Positions 35,624 to 45,517 of a stretch of DNA of 64,000 nt are shown here, one piece after another. The stretch is from the IMG/VR virus record IMGVR_UViG_3300027796_000318. One strand, 5' to 3'. The stretch is from a virus. The notes beneath the pieces were generated by a model, which had not been told where the DNA came from, searched no databases, and saw only the letters and a program-made list of their open reading frames with translations. The translations under genes and the position numbers were made by a program. How positions within the stretch are numbered: position 1 is the stretch's first letter; each line of letters opens with the position of its first letter.

Positions 35624-36838
35624 TTAGACGGCCAACTCGGATTTCGGGACAAAGGGGAAGCCTGCAAAGTGCGAAGCGTTGTTGTAACGCGACGCGCAGG
35701 TTCTTTGCTTCCCAGCCTTGTCGCTCGAATAATTGACCGTGATTTGCTTACCGACCAATTCAGGCGGGAACGTCAGCGTCAAGAGATCGCTGCTTATTGA
35801 ATATTGGTTAACGTCAGGGTTTTGATTAACTCGTGTCAGGGCGATGGCTGGGTGTGATACCCATGTGTAAGCGAAGCCGCTTGAATATTCATCATAATAG
35901 AATATGGGTTTCCCATTGCTATCAAGGGCTTGTTCATATGAATTGTACTGATCCCTGACACAGCTTTTAATCTCAACAATTTCTCGACCGGCTTCCGGGA
36001 CAAGACGATATGTCAATTCTTCAGGGACTTGAAATTTTTTGCTAAGAATATCACCGAGCGATAGAGTTCTATCGCAACCCGGCGTTATTTCAACTTGGTC
36101 TTGATCGGCGGGGGCCACTGGCAGTGGACCGGTTAGCCAGATCCTGCGGCCATCATCCCGTTTTACCGTCGCGAGTATGCCGGCGTTGACACCAGTCAGG
36201 AAACGCACGGTTCCTTGTTCATAATAACCGGGTTCGTTTGGGGTGTTTTGGCCCAGGATAAGGACTCTCGCCGTCGAGGCTCCTGTCACATAAGTTGTCA
36301 TCGCGTACTTTCCGCGATCGACACCACATCCGGCGTCACCGAAGACATGGGTGCATGACGGTGAATAAACGCGCTTCGGCATCTGGACTTGGAGAAGGTA
36401 AATATCTGTTTGCGCTGTCAGCGTTGCTGTTACCGTCCCGGGCTTGACGTCGGTAATCTGGCCGCTGAACGTCAGGATGCTGCCAATGGGGGCCGGGTCG
36501 CCCCAACTTTCGAAGAAGAACCGGATCTTGCGAATTGCAGCACAGTCGAAAAAGCCCCGCTCCAGGGCCTGTAGCAGGGGCAGCCCCCGGAACAGGGTGG
36601 CTCCGGGAGATACGGTGATGTCCTGGGTGTCGACCTCCAGCCCCCGGACGAGGCGCATTTTCCCGCCGCTGATGATCGGCCCCAGGGTGTAAGCCACTCC
36701 CTCATAGGACACAGGGATATCACCGCCTGACCAAGTCAGCACCGTCCCGTCGCCGGTCTCGATCCGCCAGCAATCGACAAAGCGAAGCGTCGTTGCTGTG
36801 TTCAGGTGTATGGCAAGGGCGTCAGAGCAAGACTTCAT
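35624..36838 (-). CDS. DUF2163 baseplate hub protein with about 120-aa insertion
   Basis: YSPSCTHVFGDAGCG...PGCDRT...TC..Y.N..HFAGFPFVP. Confidence 0.88.
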   Translation of the reverse strand: MKSCSDALAIHLNTATTLRFVDCWRIETGDGTVLTWSGGDIPVSYEGVAYTLGPIISGGKMRLVRGLEVDTQDITVSPGATLFRGLPLLQALERGFFDCAAIRKIRFFFESWGDPAPIGSILTFSGQITDVKPGTVTATLTAQTDIYLLQVQMPKRVYSPSCTHVFGDAGCGVDRGKYAMTTYVTGASTARVLILGQNTPNEPGYYEQGTVRFLTGVNAGILATVKRDDGRRIWLTGPLPVAPADQDQVEITPGCDRTLSLGDILSKKFQVPEELTYRLVPEAGREIVEIKSCVRDQYNSYEQALDSNGKPIFYYDEYSSGFAYTWVSHPAIALTRVNQNPDVNQYSISSDLLTLTFPPELVGKQITVNYSSDKAGKQRTCASRYNNASHFAGFPFVPKSELAV

Positions 36839-36841
36839 GAC

Positions 36842-37435
36842 CTATTCCTTGACGCTTTCGAATTGGACTTGGCCATTTTCCCAGAAGCAAGACATCATCT
36901 GCGAGAACTCAGTTTCATCAGACAAAAAGCGACAGCGAAAATAGAACGTGAACGTGGATGAAATCTGAGCACCAACGGGAGGGGCGCTGCTGAACGTCAG
37001 TAAGCCAGTTGATTTATCAACGACGAATGCTGAAGTTGAAGTTCCGTCTATTTTTACGGACGACAAGACGTTGATCGCCCGGACCGGCTCGGTCCACCCC
37101 CCAATCGTGCGGACCATCTGGAATGATCGAGTCTCGCCGTCACCCGCCCCGATCAATTGACCGGTGGCGGTGTCGTCGCTGGGATCGCGATAGAGCCAAC
37201 TATTGCCCTGGCCAGCGGCTGCCAGAAAAAACCCAACCAGTGGCCGCAGCTCGTCATAGGCGCTCGAATCGCGCAGGAACTCGTAGACCATCTCGAACCG
37301 CCACCGGGGGTAGGCCCATCGCTGGACCCGCTGCTCCCGGCCCGAGGCGCCGGTGGCCACCGTGGTGGAGAAGATCGGAGTCTTTTTGTTGCCGTAGGTC
37401 AGGCCGGGCAGCTCGGGATAAACCAGTTCGGCCAT
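36842..37435 (-). CDS. DUF2460 distal tail protein
   Basis: ASGREQRVQRWAYPRWRFEM...GDGETRSFQM...CRF. Confidence 0.9.
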   Translation of the reverse strand: MAELVYPELPGLTYGNKKTPIFSTTVATGASGREQRVQRWAYPRWRFEMVYEFLRDSSAYDELRPLVGFFLAAAGQGNSWLYRDPSDDTATGQLIGAGDGETRSFQMVRTIGGWTEPVRAINVLSSVKIDGTSTSAFVVDKSTGLLTFSSAPPVGAQISSTFTFYFRCRFLSDETEFSQMMSCFWENGQVQFESVKE

Positions 37436-37446
37436 GGCTCGGCTCC

Positions 37447-37482
37447 AAAAGAAAAGGGCCGCCTCTTTCGAGAGCGGCCCCG
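37447..37482 (-). terminator. Intrinsic terminator, copy 2 (identical to 25025-25060)
   Basis: 36-bp identity; homology extends about 20 bp further. Confidence 0.8.
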
Positions 37483-37608
37483 ATGGGTCAGGGGGTGGTG
37501 GTTAGCAGGCCGGCAGCGTCTGAACCACACGCCCGAGGACGTAACTGATATTCCTTGCCGTAAGCCTGTTGCTGATGATCTTTGATCAGATCAATCCAGT
37601 TCATGCCT

Positions 37609-38559
37609 TCACAGGGTCTGAAATGGTGGCCTCGAATGCCATCCGATCAGATCATGCCCATCGATTAGCAGCAGCCGATCAGATTTACTGGCTGAATCTA
37701 CCGCATCGGCGGTGAAGCGAGACGTCGTCACAAAATAACCACGCGCGGCGCCGCTTTCCTCGATAACGCCTTTGAATTCGCGCACCTGCGGGGCTGACAC
37801 GGGATTGTCGAGCGCATATCGCTTGCACTGAATCACAAACAAACCGTCAGCGTGCCGGGCGAACCCGTCAACCCCAAAGTCGTTCGACTTTCGCGTTACC
37901 CAAGCGACCATGCCGGCGTCACTGAAAAAACTGACAACGTGCCGCTCAAACTCAAAAGGATCCATATCCAAGAGCTTTTGGAGCAACCGGGAATCGTCCG
38001 ATGGCATCTTGTACCGCTTCGACTCAATCGGCTCATCACGCATCGCCGCTTTCAAAGCCGCACTAGTGCGCCGTGCGATCTCGTCCTCCGCGATCACCTC
38101 AAGGACCGCCATTATTAATGGAGATGAATCTTTATTTGTTGTAAAACTCTCTAGAACAGCCGTGATGCCTGCCGATCCTAAGAAAATAAGCAGCAGAACA
38201 GGAAGGCCGATCGCGCTCCCGATCGCTGCCACGCCAGCCCCTTGTCCTCCGACAAATGGGGCTGCAAACAATGTTATGGGAATGGCAATTTTTACCGAAA
38301 GCGGCAAATCGGCGTTCTTATAATTTTTGATCGTCTCAGCGATGCTGTGAGCAAAGACACGGGCTGTCTTGCGTGCATCCATCAGGCCATATAAGGCTGA
38401 AAATTTCTCCCGTTTTGTCCCATCGCTTGCCAGAATGTCGCGTGACCTGGCAAGCCAGTCAATGATCTCGCGCCGGTCATCCTCGTTCGACACCCCATTA
38501 ACCGCCCGCGAGAACACGCGAACGACCCATTCTCGGATATTTTCCCGCACATCTGCCAT
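37609..38559 (-). CDS. Mrr-like restriction endonuclease with central hydrophobic segment
   Basis: MDPFEFERHV...DFGVDG...IQCKRY...VREFKG...GYFVTTSRFT. Confidence 0.88.
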   Translation of the reverse strand: MADVRENIREWVVRVFSRAVNGVSNEDDRREIIDWLARSRDILASDGTKREKFSALYGLMDARKTARVFAHSIAETIKNYKNADLPLSVKIAIPITLFAAPFVGGQGAGVAAIGSAIGLPVLLLIFLGSAGITAVLESFTTNKDSSPLIMAVLEVIAEDEIARRTSAALKAAMRDEPIESKRYKMPSDDSRLLQKLLDMDPFEFERHVVSFFSDAGMVAWVTRKSNDFGVDGFARHADGLFVIQCKRYALDNPVSAPQVREFKGVIEESGAARGYFVTTSRFTADAVDSASKSDRLLLIDGHDLIGWHSRPPFQTL

Positions 38560-38618
38560 GGAATCACCCCTTGGTTGCAACAGAACCATCCTGTCGCAGC
38601 CAAGCGAGTTCGGCAATA

Positions 38619-41600
38619 TCAGCGCAAAACACCTTTGCCCGGGCGGATAGATGGGTTGCCATTTCTGGCCTGCCTATGCAGGGTGGCTGCCAAGGTGGGG
38701 CCATGGCTGGCGATCAGGCGCTTGATCCCCTCGCCGTCATTTACGCCGCCGTGAAAATGAAGGTGAACCCCGCCGCCACTGCTTCCTGGGGCAGAGGCGC
38801 TCCGGGATGTTGCCAGCGGCGGCTGGCGATCTGCAACACCAGCGGAGGACGGATTGGTCAGCAGGTCGCGAAGGGGTGCCGCGTATTTAGCCGGAAGAAC
38901 CATTTCCTGTTTGTGGAGGACGGTTCTGGCCCCGTCACAAGGAACTTCCCCCCAGCCACCTTCGGCCGAGGTAATGCTGTATGCGATACCAGCAACAGCA
39001 GCAAATGCTCCGGCGGCGGCGATTGGAGCCAGCACTGGGCCGACGTAAGGAATCGCCGCAATAGCCGCATAAGCACCAGCCATCGCGGTCCATGCATCCA
39101 TCATGATCGATTTGATCGATGTGGCGGCCTTAATAGCAAGGCCCGTAAGGCCACCCGCCGCAATGGCACCATTTTTTGACGCCTCGCCCGTAATAACCGC
39201 CCCGGTTTCCGTTGCGGCACCAGTTGTTACAATAGTGGCCTGCTGCGCCGTGTTGGTGGCTTTAATCCCGGTTTGGGTAGCTTCCCCGGTGCCAACAATT
39301 CCAGTTCGTGTTGCTGTTGCCGTGCTGGTTACCGCTGTTTTTGTTGCCTCAAACCCCATCCATCGCCCAACAGCCGTTCCAGCAAACAGGTTTTCTGCCG
39401 CCGCCATAACAACATGGGTGTGCAGCCAGTTCGCAATCATCTTGACGCCCATGCTAGCGTAACTGGCGGCGATCGACTGTGCGGCCTGCCGCACGAGCTG
39501 TTTTTGGGTCAGCGTCCCCTGGATAAAACCTTGCGTCATCTGATCGATCGCTTGGCCGAAGGGAGCCGTCAGAGATTTCATCGTCGCCTGACGGCCGATG
39601 ACTTCCTGGTGGTCGATCTGGAGTGTCCGCAGAGCTCGCCGCTGTTCGAGGTCGACCAATTGATTGGCGACCGTTGCCCGAGCTGCCTCATCCTGGCCGG
39701 CGAGTTGAAGTTTCTTATCGAGCAAGTCTCGTTCAATTTGATATTTCTGCTCGGCGATCTGCCGCAGCGACGCGATTTCTTCCCTACCGTCGACAGTCCC
39801 CATTGATTTTCCGAAGGAAAGATTTTCCTCTTGTATTGACACGCCGTAGCTGGCTTGATTAGCAAGGCCATCTGATTCAATGCTTGATGTAGCCTTTGAT
39901 GCCCTTTGCCTCTCAAGCAATGCAGACTTAAGATCTCTTGTTCTCTGTGTCTGTTGCTCGGCCATCAACTGCGTGACGGATGATTCTGCCTTTTTGATTT
40001 CTTCAAGATTCATCGAATCGTGAATTTTCAAATCTACAAGCCGCTGTTGGGCGGCTGCAAGTTTTACAGCCCTCTTTTTGTCCTCAATCTCAATAGCCAG
40101 ATCCGCTTCTTCAACGGCAGAAATTTCGCCCATAGCTCGACGCTGGGCGAGAATTTCGCGCTCAGCTTCAAGCCCAGCCAAAGCGATTTTGGATGATGTC
40201 TCCGCCGAGGCCATTTTGATTCGAGCCACTTGCTGCCCGGCCTCGCGCTCGGCCTGTTGAAGCTTGACAAGCTCGGCAAGGTATTCGACGGAATCATCCC
40301 CCTTTGCCGCCCTGACTGCCTCGGCAATTTCCCGCTGCTTGGCAACGTGGGCCTCGCCATTTTTGGCAACCTCCTGCTCTTCAGCGCGCAGACGCAGCAC
40401 GGTTGCTTTCAGGGCGCGGTCAGCCTCGGCGTTCGAGGCCGTTTCCCGCTCTTTCCGGGCCGTCTCTTCGGCCGTCGCGCGCGCCTTGGCCTCATCCCGT
40501 CTGAGACCTTGCATGATGGCGTCGATTTGCTTGACGCCTGCCGTTTGCGCCGCCTCCTCGGCAGAGAGGGTTTTCGGCATTTCGGACAGCATGGTCTGGC
40601 GCTTCTGCGCCCAATATTCGATCTCCTTCTGCCGGCTCCAGGTCAACCAGTTTTCCTCCTGGAGCTTCAGCGCCTCCAGTGCAGCCCGGGCTGCCTCAAC
40701 GGCTTTGCTCGTCGATGCATCGGTCGCTGAGACTTCGCGCTTATGCACTGACGGATCATCAGGACGACTATCCACCTTATCGGGGATAGCCGGCGGATTG
40801 ACCAAGCGGGGGACGGCGGCGTGCGCTGCCACCTGGGCATAGTCTTGGACGGACCGTGCCGCTGCGGCCATAAGGCCGGGGATGCGCTCCATCAGGCGAA
40901 CGGTTTTATCCCAAGCACTGGATATCGTTTCGCCACCGCTTTCGACAGACGCCATAGCAGATGAATACTCGTGCGCAAATTCTTTTGCTGCGAGGGATAT
41001 GTGCAAAAGGGCCGCAACCTGCCTTTCCTCAAACTCTTTTGTCGCCGCCTTTTTAGATTCTTGATCGGCAATATATGCGCGGTCCAGTTCTCTTATTCTC
41101 GCATTGCTGTCAGCGATTGCGTTCGCGTTGGCCTTCTGGATTCTATCAAGTTCAGTAAAGGCGTGCGAAATACTCCCTGCTCCAGTGGCGATCCCGTCCA
41201 GAAACTGCTGAGCATTCTCTCCCAGAACCTCGCGAATTGTGTGCATTTTGGCAGAGCTGTCTTTGATGCCTGCCATCCTTTGAGCAAACTTGTCGAGAGC
41301 TTCTGCCGCGTTATCAGCCGTAATACCTAGATCCTTAAAAATCTCTCGGCCTTTTGCCCCCCCGTCGTTGGTATCATCAAGGATATCGTTGACATGGCGC
41401 AGGGCAGATGCGGCGGCTTCCTGGGAGATGCCATAATCTCGTGCAATTCCTCCGGCTTTTGCCATTACATCAGCCCCGGATCCCATTTCCAGGGTGAGGA
41501 GGCGATGCGCATCGGCCGCCGCAAGGCTGGCGTCGGAAAGTGCGGCGAGTAGCGCCGTCGAACCAGAAATTTCTCCTTCCCATGCCTGCTCTGCGGCAAT

Positions 41601-42494
41601 GGCCTCGGAGATTTTTTCGGCGATATATTCAATCGCCTTATAAGCTAGATATGTCGCTGTCGTTAATGTAGCAAGAGCAGCAGCGGCGGTGATGTAATAC
41701 CCGGTCAATGAATCTTGGGTATCGCTAGCCCGCGTCGCTGCATTTGCTAAGCTTTCTGTCGCACCAACAAGATCTTTTGTCTCGACAAGGAGGTTGCCTT
41801 CCGCGTCAACGGCCTGCACTGAGACCTTGGCCAATGACTGATTTGCATCAGCGGCGCTTACCGTCTCGCTGGAAAATTTCGAAACCAGCTCGGAGAGATA
41901 GCCGGCGGCGGCCGACGCGGTGTTCATGACGCCAACGACAGTGGAGATTTTTGCTGAGGCCTCGGATGCTGCTATACCGGCAGGCACAAGCCCCACCGCA
42001 TCAAGCCCAGTCGATGCCGCCCCAGCCGCCTTGCTGATGAGGTCCAGCGCGCTGGCTGCTCCAGCAATATGCGTGGTAGCCACAGTGGTGGCAGCAGACA
42101 GCCTACTGTGGGCATCAGTTGCAGTGCGAGCGGCCTCGGTCGCGCGTTGCATTTGAGCGGCATGGAATGCCAGCGCCTCAGATGCAGCCAGCGATCCACC
42201 TGACATCTGACCGATACCAGACGACGCAAGGCCAAGCGCGTCGGACATTCTTGCCGCCGCTGCTCCACTCTGAGTGAAGCCGACACGCTCCAGCTCCGTC
42301 GATGCCTTTCGCGCAGCGTCAGCAAAAGCGGATGCTTGAGCGGCAGCTCCACCCATTTTGTCGGACGACAGGGACATGGTCGAAGCGAATCGCGCCTGCG
42401 CTTCTGATGCTCTGGCGGCGGCGTCCACCATTTCCTGGTAAGCCCGCACACCTGCGGAGGCGTCAACGCGGAGTTCAACAACGTCGTCACTCAT
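38619..42494 (-). CDS. Tape measure protein
   Basis: About 1290 aa, Ala-rich helical; position between chaperones and distal tail. Confidence 0.9.
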   Translation of the reverse strand: MSDDVVELRVDASAGVRAYQEMVDAAARASEAQARFASTMSLSSDKMGGAAAQASAFADAARKASTELERVGFTQSGAAAARMSDALGLASSGIGQMSGGSLAASEALAFHAAQMQRATEAARTATDAHSRLSAATTVATTHIAGAASALDLISKAAGAASTGLDAVGLVPAGIAASEASAKISTVVGVMNTASAAAGYLSELVSKFSSETVSAADANQSLAKVSVQAVDAEGNLLVETKDLVGATESLANAATRASDTQDSLTGYYITAAAALATLTTATYLAYKAIEYIAEKISEAIAAEQAWEGEISGSTALLAALSDASLAAADAHRLLTLEMGSGADVMAKAGGIARDYGISQEAAASALRHVNDILDDTNDGGAKGREIFKDLGITADNAAEALDKFAQRMAGIKDSSAKMHTIREVLGENAQQFLDGIATGAGSISHAFTELDRIQKANANAIADSNARIRELDRAYIADQESKKAATKEFEERQVAALLHISLAAKEFAHEYSSAMASVESGGETISSAWDKTVRLMERIPGLMAAAARSVQDYAQVAAHAAVPRLVNPPAIPDKVDSRPDDPSVHKREVSATDASTSKAVEAARAALEALKLQEENWLTWSRQKEIEYWAQKRQTMLSEMPKTLSAEEAAQTAGVKQIDAIMQGLRRDEAKARATAEETARKERETASNAEADRALKATVLRLRAEEQEVAKNGEAHVAKQREIAEAVRAAKGDDSVEYLAELVKLQQAEREAGQQVARIKMASAETSSKIALAGLEAEREILAQRRAMGEISAVEEADLAIEIEDKKRAVKLAAAQQRLVDLKIHDSMNLEEIKKAESSVTQLMAEQQTQRTRDLKSALLERQRASKATSSIESDGLANQASYGVSIQEENLSFGKSMGTVDGREEIASLRQIAEQKYQIERDLLDKKLQLAGQDEAARATVANQLVDLEQRRALRTLQIDHQEVIGRQATMKSLTAPFGQAIDQMTQGFIQGTLTQKQLVRQAAQSIAASYASMGVKMIANWLHTHVVMAAAENLFAGTAVGRWMGFEATKTAVTSTATATRTGIVGTGEATQTGIKATNTAQQATIVTTGAATETGAVITGEASKNGAIAAGGLTGLAIKAATSIKSIMMDAWTAMAGAYAAIAAIPYVGPVLAPIAAAGAFAAVAGIAYSITSAEGGWGEVPCDGARTVLHKQEMVLPAKYAAPLRDLLTNPSSAGVADRQPPLATSRSASAPGSSGGGVHLHFHGGVNDGEGIKRLIASHGPTLAATLHRQARNGNPSIRPGKGVLR

Positions 42495-43084
42495 GGTGCA
42501 ATCCGATCGATGATGAGGGCGGGATAGCGGACCGCCGACTTGTTTCCGGCCGAGCCGCCCATAACGGCGCCCCCTCCAAAACCAGCCCACCCAGCTTCGA
42601 TGTGATATTTATTACCAAAACGGCGCGCTAGCGTTTCTGCGGCATGTGAATAAACACCGTCTGGCGCCTGAGGTGACTGCCCATGCTCTATTTTATTTGA
42701 GTATGGAAGAGTACTGGCAATCACTATATTTTTTTCTGATCCAAGCTCTGCAATATCTGAAACCATCGATCCATTAATGTATACCTGATGAGATCTCTGA
42801 TAAGCCCCAGTCTTTATTGGGCTTACTGCGCTAAGAATTTCAATAGCGGCAGATATTATCTCGGCAATATCATAGCCGAAATGGACTTCTATTACTCCGA
42901 ATGGCTGAACATCTTCAATTGATCTTCCATGAACACCATCAACAATTGTCTCAATTACGGATGGATTGCTTTTCCTCACGACAAGCGATACTAATTTCCG
43001 CGCCATTTCAACCTGCGAAACGCGGATTTTTTCCAAAAGTAATTTGTTAATATTCGCTATTTGCGGTGAGAAGTCAGATGCCAT
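42491..43084 (-). CDS. HK97 gp10-like tail completion protein
   Basis: SPIKTGAYQRSH...PYSNKIEHG. Confidence 0.65.
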   Translation of the reverse strand: MASDFSPQIANINKLLLEKIRVSQVEMARKLVSLVVRKSNPSVIETIVDGVHGRSIEDVQPFGVIEVHFGYDIAEIISAAIEILSAVSPIKTGAYQRSHQVYINGSMVSDIAELGSEKNIVIASTLPYSNKIEHGQSPQAPDGVYSHAAETLARRFGNKYHIEAGWAGFGGGAVMGGSAGNKSAVRYPALIIDRIAP

Positions 43085-43131
43085 GGTGGAACCCAAAAAA
43101 GGAGCCTCCTCATAAAGAAGACGGCTCCTAA

Positions 43132-43380
43132 TTACAACGGCGGCATCTCCCCCGTCATTGCCGTGAAAAAATCGGCAAAGCTTGCCGCGTCAGAAACCGG
43201 CTCAGGCTCGTCTTTACCGAGTCCAAAATATCCAGCGATCATGATGTGGATTGGGGGGAAGCGCTTCCAATACTTCAGAAGCGCCTCATAGCGGGGGAGG
43301 GTCAGCCTGTCCACATCTTCCCAGGTCCAGCCCGTCGCCATGATGACGTGAGCATAGATCCCCTCCCAATCTACTCCCCC
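43132..43380 (-). CDS. Tail assembly chaperone extension (T part, probable -1 frameshift product)
   Basis: -1 frame VDWEGIYAHVIMATGWTWEDVDRLTLPRY open across GGGGGAG at 43374-43380. Confidence 0.6.
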   Translation of the reverse strand, partial: GGVDWEGIYAHVIMATGWTWEDVDRLTLPRYEALLKYWKRFPPIHIMIAGYFGLGKDEPEPVSDAASFADFFTAMTGEMPPL

Positions 43381-43685
43381 GCCGGGGTATCCTCCGGCGT
43401 GGCGGTTTCTTTCGTGACCAGACCCGAAACCTTGGCGATCCCGCCAATCGCTTTCCAGATCTCGGGCGCGGTAGTCGGAATCTGTTCAACTTCCTCGATC
43501 GGCCGATTGATCGCGACCGCGATGATCCCCATGGCCGTACTGAAGCAATCGGGATCCATCAGGTCGCCGCTCAAAAGGCCTTTCCAGGCGCTCAGTACGT
43601 GCCGAAGCTTGCCGAACGGCAGGGCGCTAATCTTGATCGCCTCGCCACCCAACATGATGGTGGTGGTTTCGATGATATCAGCCAT
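43371..43685 (-). CDS. Tail assembly chaperone (G-like)
   Basis: Position after the tail tube gene. Confidence 0.75.
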   Translation of the reverse strand: MADIIETTTIMLGGEAIKISALPFGKLRHVLSAWKGLLSGDLMDPDCFSTAMGIIAVAINRPIEEVEQIPTTAPEIWKAIGGIAKVSGLVTKETATPEDTPAGE

Positions 43686-44452
43686 TAGGACATCTCACTG
43701 AAGTTGAAGGTTGCCACCTCGCCGGAAGCATCAGCAAAAGCGGAAAAGTCAAATTCGCTGACAAGAAAGTCTTCTTGCTTGGTCGGGACGGTGAGCTTGC
43801 TCGAAACGCAAGCATTGAGCTTGACTGACGCCGCCTTAATGCCATCCGGAGCCGTGTACGAAGTCTCAAGGACAGCCTTGAACACAGGCTGAATGCCGAG
43901 GGGCTTGTTCGTTACAACGAAACTCTGCCCAGAAGTCGCCGTATAGGTGTAGGAAAGGCGCACATCCTTACCGGCATCACCGGAGAAGAAAGTGTACACC
44001 CCCGTGGCCTCGTTGACAGTGTACTGCCCGCCGACGGGGGAGGAGACGACACGGCGGAGAGACGCCCCGGTATCACCAAAAGTCACGCCCAGGTCGTCGA
44101 CGATCGTGACGGCGGGAGTGATGGTATAAGTCGACGCGGCCGGAATGTTATAGGCAACGCCGTTGGCGGTGACGGAGGTGCGGCCGTTAACCAGACTTGC
44201 GCCGAAAAACAGTTCCCCGATAAGGCGGCCATGGAGCAGGCCGGTCTTGGCCTTTCCGGTGATTTTTGAGGTTCCTCGCGCGATCGCGAGGGGGAACTGG
44301 GATCCACCAAAAAGTTCTTTGGTGGTGGCCGAAAACTCCAGGCTCACATCCTGCAAGGCGCCAAACTTCACAGGCGTCGCGGTATAGGTGGGCGAGTTGA
44401 TATCCGTCCGGACACCCCAGAGGGTGCCGGCGCCGAATTGGTACATGGGCAT
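43685..44452 (-). CDS. Major tail tube protein
   Basis: TPVKFGALQDVSLEFS...KQEDFLVSEFDFSAFAD. Confidence 0.85.
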   Translation of the reverse strand: MPMYQFGAGTLWGVRTDINSPTYTATPVKFGALQDVSLEFSATTKELFGGSQFPLAIARGTSKITGKAKTGLLHGRLIGELFFGASLVNGRTSVTANGVAYNIPAASTYTITPAVTIVDDLGVTFGDTGASLRRVVSSPVGGQYTVNEATGVYTFFSGDAGKDVRLSYTYTATSGQSFVVTNKPLGIQPVFKAVLETSYTAPDGIKAASVKLNACVSSKLTVPTKQEDFLVSEFDFSAFADASGEVATFNFSEMS

Positions 44453-44476
44453 GAAGGAAATCCTTCTGAGGGAGGG

Positions 44477-44535
44477 GCGGCGCCTCACGGCGCTGCTGGG
44501 GGGGCTCTGTCTGGAGATGCGGCGCCTCACGGCGC
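44477..44535. repeat. Two identical 17-bp hairpin units upstream of the tail tube gene
   Basis: GCGGCGCCTCACGGCGC at 44477 and 44519; minus strand GCGCC-GTGA-GGCGC. Confidence 0.75.
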
Positions 44536-44568
44536 GGCCGGCCTTGCCCAAGGGCCTAATCGGGGCGG

Positions 44569-44787
44569 TTAATCAGCGGCGTCAGCGAACTTGAGGAAGG
44601 CGGCTAACTCCCTTTTGGCGAGGGTCACGTCCTGCAAAAGGGCGGGCGCCCGGGCGATAGGGGAGGTCACGATATGCTTCAGCCACCACGCTTCGAGGTC
44701 GGCCAGCGCGGCCTCCGCTTTGGTCTGGGTGCGCGCAGGGGTGAGATCCGGCGCCATGGTGGCGTCGGTCGGATCGATGTCGGACAT
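44569..44787 (-). CDS. Small conserved phage protein
   Basis: LEAWWLKHIVTSPIAR. Confidence 0.6.
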   Translation of the reverse strand: MSDIDPTDATMAPDLTPARTQTKAEAALADLEAWWLKHIVTSPIARAPALLQDVTLAKRELAAFLKFADAAD

Positions 44788-44800
44788 GGGAATCCTGGGG

Positions 44801-45127
44801 CTAGGAGGTGACTTTTTCGACGTAGCGAATCAGAAGTGACCGCTCGGAGAAATCGTCGGGGCGGAGAAATGACCCGGTATGCAACTTGATCAGCACGGCC
44901 ACGCCGGATTCGATCCGGTCGGCCAGAGCGCGGAGAGCGGTGGCGACCGCTGCCGGGTCAGTGCCAAAAACGAAATCGCATCCCCGTCTCCCGAGAAGGG
45001 CTGCATCAAAATGACCCACTGCCGGCGGCTCGGCGGTGTTCGCAGTCAGGACTTGATTGGCTTCGCAATGGGGCGCTACCCCCAAAGCGCCAGGAGCCCC
45101 GATCGGCTCGTCATCACCCTCAAGCAT
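44801..45127 (-). CDS. Hypothetical protein
   Basis: ORF within the late operon. Confidence 0.55.
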   Translation of the reverse strand: MLEGDDEPIGAPGALGVAPHCEANQVLTANTAEPPAVGHFDAALLGRRGCDFVFGTDPAAVATALRALADRIESGVAVLIKLHTGSFLRPDDFSERSLLIRYVEKVTS

Positions 45128-45181
45128 CTTGTGCTCCTATGTCTAGGGCGGCGGCAAAGTCATCGGCGGATTGGCAGACGG

Positions 45182-45517
45182 TCATGCGATCAAGCCTCGG
45201 ACAATGCTGAATGTCCCTGAATAGACGGTTGACACGTCCCCAGAAGCGTCAATGACTTGCGCCTCATGGTAGTGATCACCTTTGAGGCTTGCCGTGTCCT
45301 GGGGCTGGAGCGTAATGACAAACACCCCGCCAGGGGCCGAAGTTATGTCAATGCCATCCGCCAATGATTTTGAAATGAGCGGAGGACCGGAGACGCTTCG
45401 TGCCGCTTGCCAAGTGATACTTGTCACGCCGGAGAGGTTTACGGCCGATCCGTCCTGGTCTTTGAGGGCGAAGACCAGACGCTTTGAATCGCCCTGCACC
45501 ACGTCAAAGTCGGTCAT
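45182..45517 (-). CDS. BppU N-terminal-like Ig-fold protein
   Basis: VQGDSKRLVFALKDQDG...ITLQPQDT...YHEAQV. Confidence 0.65.
   Translation of the reverse strand: MTDFDVVQGDSKRLVFALKDQDGSAVNLSGVTSITWQAARSVSGPPLISKSLADGIDITSAPGGVFVITLQPQDTASLKGDHYHEAQVIDASGDVSTVYSGTFSIVRGLIA

Noticed and set aside
35702-36061. Insert as an intein
   Set aside because: No C-terminal His-Asn and no recognisable intein blocks.
30986-36838. Diversity-generating retroelement or invertible tail cassette
   Set aside because: No reverse transcriptase, no template/variable repeat pair, no invertase or flanking inverted repeats noticed.
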